Made by a program: the position numbers and the translations under genes. Positions 43,195-52,200 of a stretch of DNA of 64,000 nucleotides are shown here, one piece after another. Source of the DNA: Blastocatellia bacterium (lineage in GTDB: Bacteria > Acidobacteriota > Blastocatellia > RBC074); contig JANRKY010000294.1 in assembly GCA_033763135.1 (NCBI GenBank), positions 2,613 to 66,612 on the forward strand, given 5' to 3'. The notes beneath the pieces are model-generated. The model did no database searches, was not told where the DNA came from, and saw only the letters and a list, made by a program, of their open reading frames with translations. How positions within the stretch are numbered: position 1 is the stretch's first letter; every line of letters starts with the position of its first letter.

Positions 43195-43365
43195 CGCGTC
43201 TCCTTGTGCCATTGGCTTATCGGAAATCTTTTTGTCGAGAGCATCCGGAAAGTTTTCGTGATGCGCGTCCGCGAGAATGACGCCGTCCATCGAACCCTGC
43301 TGGGCGATCAGGCATTGCCAAGTGCGGAAGCGCGAAACAAGGATGCCGAAAAAACAACCCCGCAT

Positions 43366-44628
43366 TCAGAGCGAAAGCGCGTTTCTCAGCGCGTTCATCG
43401 TTTCGCGTTGTCGCCGTTCGACGAACTGGCGAGCCGGGGCGATTTTGGATCTGGCGGCGGCGGGATTTTTCGCCATCGCCAGAACGGCGGGGACGTAGTT
43501 GGCGATTTCGGCTTCCTGATCGAAGTCGAAGAGCCAGTCGCCGAGCCCGATGTCGCGCCACATGAAGCCCTTGCTCGTCTGTTCGGCGAAGCGTCCGACG
43601 ATGGCGGGAATGCCGTTGCCGACGGCCATGATCGGCGAGTGCATTTCGAGGCCGAAGAGGCCGGCGGATCGGACATACACGCTGAGGGCCTCATCGGTCA
43701 GCCAGAACTTTTCGCGCCAGACGACGCGCGGTTTGATGTCGTCGGGCAGCCTGTCGTGGATCCATTGTCTGCCGACTTCCATCTGGGTCATGTCTTCGGG
43801 GCAGAGCAGGATTTTGTGTTTGGTTTCGCGGAGGACCGCCGTGATCGCCGCGCGCAGGGGCGCGTGATCGTGTTCGGCCATCGCCTGATTGCGGGCGTCG
43901 CGCTCGGCATCGAGAGGCTGATTGCGAATCTTCCAATAGGGCGTGTATCGCAGGCGCGGAATGCAGCAGAGAAATTTTCCGGCTTCGAGCCGATGGGTCT
44001 GGAGAAACGCGGTCGCCCGTGCGTCGTCGCGCAGATCGCAGGCGAATGCGCCGTCCGGGGCGAACTCCATCACGGGCGCCTTGACGCCTTCGCGCTGCGC
44101 CTGCTTCAGCGAGGGCGAATCGCGGAAATAGACGAACTTCGCCTGCGTGAGCAGGTTCTTGTCGTTTGTGCCGGATTGAAACGAGCCGTGGGTGATGCCG
44201 TAGACGCCGAATGGCTTGCCCGTGTGCTTGACGAAGGCGGCCACGTCCCTGGAAGCGACGAGCGACGGGCCGGAACCGTGCAGCAGAAAATCGCACCAGT
44301 CGAGCGCAGCCTGCAACTCTGGATCCGACGCTTTGCCGTCTGTGCCGATTGCGCCTTTGATGATCTGTAGTCTGGGAAAGCGCCGATGCTCCATGGCGAT
44401 GACTTCGGCGGAGAGATCCTTCGACGCCCACAGACGCACCTCGGCTTCGGGCAGGTGTTTTTCGAGCAGCGTCAGCACGCCCGGCGTGTGCGCGATGTCG
44501 CCGATGTTGACGATCTGCCACGAAGAACGGAGCAGGATGCGCGGCGGCCGTTTCTGCATGGGGATCGCTGCGGGCAGCGCAAGGGCGCCGGCGGATTGCG
44601 AGAGAAAGGTTCTGCGTGTGATGGTCAT
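43366..44628 (-). CDS. Polysaccharide pyruvyl-transferase-family fold protein carrying a Tat signal
   Basis: Start at 44628 gives MTITRRTFLSQSAGALALPAA (twin-Arg motif). VNIGDIAHTPG, FRDSPSLKQAQ..FAPDGAF and MHSPIMAVGNGIPAIV fit the PS_pyruv_trans pattern (by eye). The listed ORF extends spuriously to 44922. Confidence 0.65.
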   Translation of the reverse strand: MTITRRTFLSQSAGALALPAAIPMQKRPPRILLRSSWQIVNIGDIAHTPGVLTLLEKHLPEAEVRLWASKDLSAEVIAMEHRRFPRLQIIKGAIGTDGKASDPELQAALDWCDFLLHGSGPSLVASRDVAAFVKHTGKPFGVYGITHGSFQSGTNDKNLLTQAKFVYFRDSPSLKQAQREGVKAPVMEFAPDGAFACDLRDDARATAFLQTHRLEAGKFLCCIPRLRYTPYWKIRNQPLDAERDARNQAMAEHDHAPLRAAITAVLRETKHKILLCPEDMTQMEVGRQWIHDRLPDDIKPRVVWREKFWLTDEALSVYVRSAGLFGLEMHSPIMAVGNGIPAIVGRFAEQTSKGFMWRDIGLGDWLFDFDQEAEIANYVPAVLAMAKNPAAARSKIAPARQFVERRQRETMNALRNALSL

Positions 44629-44678
44629 AAACGTGTTCGTCGAGGGGCTGCGGTCGGCCTGCAGACGGCGGCAGCGCG

Positions 44679-46955
44679 TCACGGCAGCGTAAAGACAAAG
44701 ATGCCGGACTGGCCGGCGATGGCGATAAACTGCCGGCCGTCGACCGCATATGCCATCGGCGAGGCGATGATGCGCGTGCCGATGTAGTAATGCCAGAGAT
44801 ACCGGCCGGTGCGGTTGTCGAGCGCGATCAGGTTGCCGTCGTGAGACGACGCAAAGACGACGCCGCCCGCGGTCGCCAAGACGCCGGTCGAGGACGCGCC
44901 CACCTGCAATGGAAAATTCCATTTTACTGCGCCGGTCAGTGCATCGAGCGCCCGCACGGCGCCCGGCGCGCCGTCGGCGTCCACTTCCACGCCGCCGCCC
45001 GTGTAGCCCTGTCCCGGAATCGGGCTTTTGGTTGCGCTGGTATAGGTCGCGCAGGCTTCGCGAACCGACACCAGGAAGAAGCCGGTCGCCGGATCATACG
45101 AGGGCGATCCCCAGTTCGCCGCGCCCGCCGCATCGGGGCAGACGTGATTGCCCTGCGGCGTCGGCGTCGTATTCGGCAGCACGATCGGACGGCCTTTGGC
45201 GTCGAGCCCCCGAGCCCAGGTCTGTCTGGCGAAGGCCCGGCCGGTTAAAAACTCTCCCGTCTCGCGATCCAGCACATAATAGAACGCGTTGCGCTGCGCC
45301 GTGACGAGCAGCCTGCGTTTGCGTCCGTTTACCGCGCCGTCGATCAGCATCGGCGTTTCGTTGGCGTCCCAGTCGTGAACGTCGTGGGGCGTGAATTGAA
45401 ACCACCATTTCATCCGCCCCGTCTCGGGATCGAGGGCGAGAACGGAGCACGAATAGAGATTATCGCCGCCGCGGACCGAGCCGTCGTAGTCCGGCCCCGG
45501 GTTGCCTGTTGTCCAGAAGAGCGTCTTCGTGTCGGCATCGTAGGCGCCGGTCATCCACGTCGGGGCGCCGCCGAAATCGGCCGCCGATTCGGGCTCCCAG
45601 GTCTTTCGGTTCGGATCGCCGGGTTGCGGCGTCGTGTAGGTTCGCCACAGCTTTTTGCCCGTCGCCGCATCGAAGGCATCCACATAGCCCGTCAATGCGC
45701 ATTCGCCCGCGGTCACGCCGACAATGATCCTGCCGTCGATCGCCAGCGGCGCGTGGGTGTTGGAGAGGCCCTTGCGGTAATCGTCCTGCTCGACATCCCA
45801 GATCACGTTGCCGCTTTTGGCGTCGAGCGCGACAAGATGCATATCCAGCGTCGCGAGAAACACGCGGTCCCCGAGCACAGCCACGCCGCGATTGGTCATC
45901 ACCGTACAGTGGCTGGCGACATTGGGCAGTTGGCGCGTGTATTTCCAGACCGGCTGTCCCGTACGCGCATCGAGCGCCGTCACATTGCTCAGCGGGCCGG
46001 TCACGAACATCAGTCCATCGACGACGATCGGCGTCGTCTCGATCGCCGTGCCGCCGAGCTGATGCGTCCACGCGCTTTTGAGTCCGGCGACATTCCGCGG
46101 CGTGACCTGTTTCAGCCCGGAATAATGCGTGCCGCGCAGATCGCCCCAGTACGTCAGCCAGTTCTGCGGCTCGGCCTGCGCGTTTTGCAGCCGCGCAAAG
46201 GTCACGTTGAAATCCGCAGCCGGCCGCCAGTTCGGATCGGGCGCGTATGCCGGTTCGGCCTTGAGCAGAAACGCCAGCAGATCGCTGCGATCCCGATCGC
46301 TCAGGACGGGATGCGGCTGCCGGCTCGTTTCGATCCGCACGGCGCGTTTGTCGAGGAAGCGCCAGCGCCGCTGCTCATCGAGCAGATGCAGGGCGAACGT
46401 GTCCTCGTGCTTTTTGAGCCCGCGCACGACGGCGCCCCCGGCAAGACGCGCGCTCACGAACGCGATCGGCGCCTGCATGCCTCTGACGATTTCGGGCGCT
46501 CGCCGGCGATTGCGCACGTCCGTCAGGTCCGCAGCGAGAATGTCGCCGCGCCCGCCGAACATATGGCACGTGCTGCAGCGCGCCGCGCCGAAAAACAATT
46601 GTCGCCCCGCGCCGGCATCTCCGATTCCGGTCTCTGTCCTGCCCGCATCGGCGAGCGAGCGCAGATAGGCGATGATCCTGCGCGCGTCAGCCTCCGGCAT
46701 CGGGATCGCGGGCATCTGCGTGCCGGGAATGCCCTGGGTGATGTTGCGGATCAATTCCGCATCGGAGCCGCCGTGCTTCCATTGCCCCGTTGTCAAATCG
46801 GAGGCGCGTCCGCCCTTCGCGTTGTTGCCATGACAGGCGGAACAACTTTGCGAAAAGAGACGCGCGCCTTCATTGACCGCATTGTCGGGATGCTGCGTCA
46901 GCCCTGCCCCGACAGGCGCCAATAGCAGGAGACAGAGGAGAAGAATTCGTCGCAT
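44679..46955 (-). CDS. PQQ-dependent dehydrogenase (8-bladed propeller) with an N-terminal dihaem cytochrome c module
   Basis: Signal MRRILLLCLLLLAPVGAG. Two CxxCH motifs (CSACH, CSTCH). The quinoprotein signature follows: NWLTYWGDLRGTHYSGLKQVTPRNVAGLKSAWTHQLG..ETTPIVVDGLMFVT..ALDARTGQPVWKY. Confidence 0.85.
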   Translation of the reverse strand: MRRILLLCLLLLAPVGAGLTQHPDNAVNEGARLFSQSCSACHGNNAKGGRASDLTTGQWKHGGSDAELIRNITQGIPGTQMPAIPMPEADARRIIAYLRSLADAGRTETGIGDAGAGRQLFFGAARCSTCHMFGGRGDILAADLTDVRNRRRAPEIVRGMQAPIAFVSARLAGGAVVRGLKKHEDTFALHLLDEQRRWRFLDKRAVRIETSRQPHPVLSDRDRSDLLAFLLKAEPAYAPDPNWRPAADFNVTFARLQNAQAEPQNWLTYWGDLRGTHYSGLKQVTPRNVAGLKSAWTHQLGGTAIETTPIVVDGLMFVTGPLSNVTALDARTGQPVWKYTRQLPNVASHCTVMTNRGVAVLGDRVFLATLDMHLVALDAKSGNVIWDVEQDDYRKGLSNTHAPLAIDGRIIVGVTAGECALTGYVDAFDAATGKKLWRTYTTPQPGDPNRKTWEPESAADFGGAPTWMTGAYDADTKTLFWTTGNPGPDYDGSVRGGDNLYSCSVLALDPETGRMKWWFQFTPHDVHDWDANETPMLIDGAVNGRKRRLLVTAQRNAFYYVLDRETGEFLTGRAFARQTWARGLDAKGRPIVLPNTTPTPQGNHVCPDAAGAANWGSPSYDPATGFFLVSVREACATYTSATKSPIPGQGYTGGGVEVDADGAPGAVRALDALTGAVKWNFPLQVGASSTGVLATAGGVVFASSHDGNLIALDNRTGRYLWHYYIGTRIIASPMAYAVDGRQFIAIAGQSGIFVFTLP

Positions 46956-46959
46956 AGAA

Positions 46960-48909
46960 TCATCGTCGCGGGCCGTAGATCGGTTGTGGTTTGCCGACTT
47001 CGAGCGCGCCCAGGTCGGGCGCCTTGCCGCTGAAGTCATCGTTGAGGTTGGGCAGGCGGCAGCCGGCGTCCACGGCGGCGCTGCCCGGCTTCAGGCGAAA
47101 ATCCATGTCGCCGACTTCATAGACCTTGTGCGGCTGGGCGGGATCCGGCGGTCGCACGTTGAAGAAGATGTCGTAATCCACCAGCCGGCCGTGCGCTTCC
47201 TGGCCCGTCGCGCGCTGAAACTCGGCCAGCGTGCGAAAATTCTGCGGGTCGGTATTCGTCAGGGCGTAATCACGCATCACGCCATTGGCCGGAGCCTTCC
47301 ACACGATCTGAGGCTTGTCGTTCGCGTTCAGCCGCCAGCCGTTGTAATCGAACGAGGAATACGACGTGTAGGTCAGACTGCCCAGCACCGGCTTGTCGGG
47401 ATGGTTCGTCCCCATCATCAGATTGTTGCGATAGTGCGAGTTGGAATAGCCGCGCGCGTTGCTGTTCTCGGCGATGAACGTGTTGTGATAGATGAGCACG
47501 CCCGCCGGATTGGCGCCGCCGGTCTTGATCGCGCCGCCCATGGGCACCGAGTACGCGATGTTGCGATAGAAATAGGTCGGGCCGCCGAACACCGGCTGCC
47601 CGCTGTATCCGTGCTGCGCCGCGTTGAAACCGCGATTGCGGGCGACGCGAATGTTGTGAACGCCCCCGTCCGTCTCGACGAAATCGTCGATCATCAGATG
47701 GATGTCGTTGTTGTAGATGTCGATCGCCACGGCCTTGTGTTCCTGCTTTTCGGGCGGAATGCCGTAGGTGCTGATGCAGACGCCGTCGTGAAAGTAGGCG
47801 ATGTAGTTGTGACAGATCACGTGGCCCTGTCCATAGACCTTGATCGCGTAATACGACTTGAGCTGGGTGGGCTTGTATTTGCCCCAGTGCGACCAGCCGA
47901 TGATGCGGTTGCGGTCGTCGCGGCCGAGCACGACGTTGTCGGCGATATAGAAATTCTTCGAGCCTTCGTATTCGTTCATCACCGCGACGCCGACGTCTTC
48001 GATGCGGCAGTTGCGGACGACGAGACCGCTCGAACCGAGCAGCTCCTTGTGCCCGGCATAGAAGGCCACGTCCGTGTTGCGAATGGTGAGGCCCTCGAAA
48101 TAGTTGTAATCCGCGCCCATCACGTCGAACAGGCGAAAGCAGCCGTTGCCGTCGAAGATGACTTCGCCGTCGCCGGCGCCCTTGATGACGATGGGTTTTT
48201 CGGGCGTGCCGTCGCGCGTCAGGATGTATGCGCCGTCAAAGGGGACGCCGTACGGCGTGACGTAATCGAGCCGGTCGGCCTTGTACAGTCCGGCGTGAAC
48301 CAGAATCACGTCTCCCGGCTGCACGGGGCGCGTGTGAACGACGTCCCAATCGCCGAGCCCGGGGCCGTAATAGGCCTCTTTCAGGCCTTTGAACGACGGC
48401 TCCTGCTTCGGGCCTTCGTAATCGGGCGGATAGACGTGCAGCGTGCGCCCGCCTCTGTATTCCTGCGGCACGCTGCGCGTCTTCACCGTGACCTGCTGCA
48501 CGGATTTGCCGTTGACGCCGTCGGGATCGCTCATCGTGAAGCGGCATTCGTAGGCGGTCGCCTCTTCGACATCGAGGATCGAGCCGGCGAACATGCGCGG
48601 CGTCCAGTATTCGAGGAATTCGCGCGCGCGCCAGACCTTTTCGTCGCCGATGCGCAGGAGCGGCATGGCTTCGCGCCACTGCGTTTCGCCCTGCTTCCGA
48701 TACTGCACGGCGACCGCGGCGTTGCGGTTGTCGTCGCCGCTGATCTTCCATTCAAAACCGAGATTGTGAATCGTCGCCGGTTCGACGATGAATTCGCCTG
48801 CGGTGACCGCATTGCCGCTCTGCGCCCACGCCGGAGACGAGAGCAGGAGCAGGGCGAAAAGGAGAGCAGGGCAGGATGCCGACAACTTGCGGGGGCGTTG
48901 CAGTTTCAT
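46960..48909 (-). CDS. Right-handed parallel beta-helix repeat protein (pectate-lyase-like fold), Sec signal
   Basis: Signal LLFALLLLSSPAWAQ. Beta-helix repeats include LTIRNTDVAFYAG, VVRNCRIEDVGVAV, FYIADNVVLG, IYNNDIHL and IYHNTF. It ends 4 nt before the PQQ gene start. Confidence 0.75.
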   Translation of the reverse strand: MKLQRPRKLSASCPALLFALLLLSSPAWAQSGNAVTAGEFIVEPATIHNLGFEWKISGDDNRNAAVAVQYRKQGETQWREAMPLLRIGDEKVWRAREFLEYWTPRMFAGSILDVEEATAYECRFTMSDPDGVNGKSVQQVTVKTRSVPQEYRGGRTLHVYPPDYEGPKQEPSFKGLKEAYYGPGLGDWDVVHTRPVQPGDVILVHAGLYKADRLDYVTPYGVPFDGAYILTRDGTPEKPIVIKGAGDGEVIFDGNGCFRLFDVMGADYNYFEGLTIRNTDVAFYAGHKELLGSSGLVVRNCRIEDVGVAVMNEYEGSKNFYIADNVVLGRDDRNRIIGWSHWGKYKPTQLKSYYAIKVYGQGHVICHNYIAYFHDGVCISTYGIPPEKQEHKAVAIDIYNNDIHLMIDDFVETDGGVHNIRVARNRGFNAAQHGYSGQPVFGGPTYFYRNIAYSVPMGGAIKTGGANPAGVLIYHNTFIAENSNARGYSNSHYRNNLMMGTNHPDKPVLGSLTYTSYSSFDYNGWRLNANDKPQIVWKAPANGVMRDYALTNTDPQNFRTLAEFQRATGQEAHGRLVDYDIFFNVRPPDPAQPHKVYEVGDMDFRLKPGSAAVDAGCRLPNLNDDFSGKAPDLGALEVGKPQPIYGPRR

Positions 48910-48987
48910 CGGAGTCTCAGAGTTCGTTGCGTTACTCGGATGCGGCCAATCCCAGTATAGACCGGTCAGCAGGCTGTGAAAAAGATC

Positions 48988-49158
48988 GGTGCCGTCGTCG
49001 TTGGAAAAATCGCGTCCGGCGAGTTCGGGGAAAAAGCCGGCGACATAAAACCCGAAATGGCTGGTCAGATTGCGTCCGACCTGTCCGCTGCTGTTGGCGA
49101 TGCCGTTCAGCAGCAGATGCCGCGCCGGTTCGATCGCGCTGCACGCCAGGACGAAGGC
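48988..49158 (-). pseudogene. GMC-oxidoreductase fragment (57 aa, no start codon)
   Basis: My own translation gives AFVLACSAIEPARHLLLNGIANSSGQVGRNLTSHFGFYVAGFFPELAGRDFSNDDGT. It resembles the GMC segment VVLAxGAIExxRLLLxS..N.SGxVGRNLxxH. A stop lies two codons upstream (TGA-AAG-GGG-GCC), and the fragment sits in the TBDR / beta-helix intergenic gap. Confidence 0.45.
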
Positions 49159-49250
49159 CCCCCTTTCATTCGGGGCAATTGGGAAAATGGCCGGACTTCA
49201 GGAGCGCGCCGGCGGTTTCCCCACCTTCTTTGCGGCGCGCGACGGCCCGT

Positions 49251-52200
49251 TCAGAACGTGAAGCGGACTTGCAGCTGCACGCGGCGATTGCCGCGCTTGG
49301 TGATGACCTTGCCGAAATTCTGGAGCGTCGTGTCGGTGAAGAAATATCCGCCCGTCGGATCGCAGACGTTGTTCACCGTGCCGCCGATGCCGTTGGGAAC
49401 GCCATTGACGCGCACGCGGCAGTCGGTCTGCAGGGTCATATCGATGTCGCCCTGCGCGGAAGCGAACGCCTGATTGAAGATGTTGAATAATCCCGCGCGA
49501 AGCTGGATGTTTTTGCCTTCCCGGAAGCGGAAGTTCTTCATCAGGGTCATGTCGTGATTGTTGCGATTTGGCAGCCGCGCGTAATACGGCGATTGATAGG
49601 CGCCCGATTGCCCGAAGGCGGGGATCACGATCGCTGAAACGTCATAGAGCTTCTCGCCGACTTTCGCGCCGCTGCCGGCGATCTGCGGGTTTCGGAGCAG
49701 AATCGGCACGATGCCGCCCGTATTGACGGTGCCGGCGCCGGCGAAGGCATTTGTTCCGAACCACGCCTGCCAGGCGTTGGCCGCATTCAGGCCCGTGCCG
49801 GTCGCGCCGGTTTGTCCGCCCGAGAAGAAGATGCGCAGGGGGGCGCCGCTCTGGAAGCTCGAAATGCCGGACAACTGCCAGCCGTTCAGGACGCCGCCGG
49901 CGAACTTGTTGCCGCCGCGTTTGATCAGGCGCGGCAGGTTGTAGTTGTAATTGACCACGAAGTTATGGGTGCGGTCATAGGCTTGCACGCCGTACGAGCG
50001 ATTGCGCGCATCGAGCGGATCGATGGTGCCGCCGTCGCCGCCGAGCAGGCCCAGCGCTTTCGAGAAGGTATAGGCCGCCGTGTAGGTCAGGTTGCCGCGC
50101 TGCCGCGCCAGCGTGAGCTGGCCGGAATGATATTGCGACGTGCCGACATACTCGCGAAAGTTGATAGCGTTGAAATCGGGGAACGGCAGCCGGCTGCGAA
50201 ACGCGTCGGCCGAAAGCGCGATGCGGTGAATCGGGTTGGCGAGATTCGCGGCCGGGCCGGTCGCGGGCGTGATCGTGCCGCTCAACAGCGTGCCGAGCGG
50301 GACGACATTCAGATTGCGGACCTGCGGCAGATAGCGCACCGCGTTGCCGACATAGCCGACTTCGAGAACGTTGCCCCACATCAGGCGACGCGCGATCGAA
50401 ACGCTCTGGTTGGCCGTGCGCGTGATGTTGTTGCCTTCCGGGTTGAGCGACACGGGCGTGATCGAAAGCGGCACGCGCGCGAGGTCCACCTGATTCAGAC
50501 GGTCGAGCGTCAGGTTCTGCACCCTGTCCTTGAAGGCGGTGGCGGCGGAATCGAAGCGCGCAATCGGATTGATGTAGTTCGGGGCGTTCTGCAGCGCGGG
50601 CGAATACTGAAAATTGCCCGACGAACGGTTGTAGAACAGGCCATACCCGCCGCGCACCACGAAATTGCCCTTTTTGGACACATCCCACGCAAAGCTGAGA
50701 CGCGGCGCGAGACGCGGCGCGGGATCCTCTACGATGCCCGGGATGGCCTCGCCGCGCGAGACGAGCTGGATGCCGTTCGGTCGCTGCAGATCGCCGTTGA
50801 GGAATGCGCCCGCGCCCCGCTGATATTTTGTCACGTCGAAAAACGTTTCGTAGCCGTTGCGCTCCTTGTTGTTCGGCATCGTGACGAAGCGCACGCCGTA
50901 TTCGAAGGTGAGATGCGGTCTCGCCTTCCACGAATCCTGCGCATAGAGATCGAAGTTCCAGGCGCGGAACTCGCCTTCGGGGGTGAGGTTCGACTGCTGC
51001 ACCGATACCGGGCGGCCGACATACAGATTGCCGAAGGAGTTGCCCGTGCCGTTCGTCACGCCGCCCAGGACGATGCGTCCGTTGTATTGATTGCCGAGGT
51101 TCTGTTTCTTGTTGACCTGTTCGAGCAGGCCGCCGAATTTGTAGCTGTGCGCCCCCTTGATCTTGGTGACGTTCGAATTGACCGAATAGCTGGAATTGAA
51201 CGCAAACAGCGGCGTTTCGCCCTGATTGTTGCCGACAAAGGTCTGCGACAGGTTGTTGACGCCGGTCACCTGCAACGTCGGCGCGCTCTTGCCCAGATAG
51301 CCGAAGGGCAGTTTCAGATTGCTCAGGCCCAGCGCCTGGGGCGAGACCTTGTCGTAATCGATGTAATCGTGAAAAAGCTTCAGCTTGCTGGCGCTGAAGA
51401 CCACTTCCATCGTCAGCGTCGGATCGAAGACCGTCACCATATTGACCGCCGCCGAACGCCCGATATGATCGCCGTTCGTATGACTGTACAGGTCGGTCAT
51501 CGAAGACCGTCCCCACACGCCATAGGCGAACTCCTCGTCCTCTTTTTCGCGCGCCAGCCGCACGTACAGGTTTGTTCGGTCGCTGACCTTGTAATCCACG
51601 CGCAGCTTCATATCGCTGCGGTCGAGCGGGAGCGTTTCGCCCGTCACATAGTTGTATCGCTGATTCGGGTCGATGTAATTCGGCGCGGGGAACATCGTGT
51701 TGAGCATCGTCGGCCCCAGATTCGACGGGTCCTTGAATGGGGCGAGGTTGAAATTGTTCGAGACCAGGCTTTGGCCTACGGTGAAACCGGTTGGCGGATT
51801 GCGCGGCACGGTCAACGTGCGGTTCTGTCCGAGATAGGTCGTCGTGCATCCGGCGGGATTGCCGATGTTGGCGCAGGGCAGAAATTCGCTGAAATCGCCC
51901 TGTCGCTGCTTGAGCGTGGGGACGACCCCGAAGGCGATGTTCTGCGCATTGCGCTGGCGTTGATGTTCGAGGCCGTAGAAAAAGAACAGCCGATCCCGGA
52001 GTCTGTCGCCGCCGAGCGCGGAAGGAAGCCTGACCGGCCCGCCGATGTTGCCGCCCGTGTAGTATTGCGAATTGGCCGGACGCGGCAGCCTGGCGATGAC
52101 GCGCGCGCGATCATTCGCGTTGAGATTCTGATTGCGCGCATATTCGTACAGGCTGCCGTGAAACTGCCTGCCGCCCGATTTCGTCACCGCGGTGACCTGC

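Noticed and set aside
43195-43365. Upstream extensions of listed ORFs 40942..43365, 43366..44922 and 44679..47039
   Set aside because: The internal starts (43194, 44628, 46955) give canonical Sec/Tat signal peptides, and 43194 has an AAGGAG RBS. The extensions are Arg-rich and overlap the neighbouring genes.
42145-44370. 741-aa ORF antisense to the DUF1553 and pyruvyl-transferase-fold genes
   Set aside because: It crosses a 171-nt intergenic gap between two supported genes and has shadow composition.
46873-48960. 695-aa ORF antisense to the beta-helix gene (also 45375..46925 antisense to the PQQ gene, and 49812..53024 antisense to the TBDR)
   Set aside because: All are mirror frames of genes with clear family signatures. 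They are low-complexity and Arg/Ala/Gly/Val-rich.
48910-49164. Possibility that the GMC-like fragment is an N-terminal domain of the beta-helix protein (same frame, no intervening stop)
   Set aside because: There is no ATG, GTG or TTG in the extension, and a stop lies just upstream. MKLQRPRKLSASCPALLFALLLLSSPAWAQ at 48909 is a complete signal peptide, so the shared frame is most likely coincidental.
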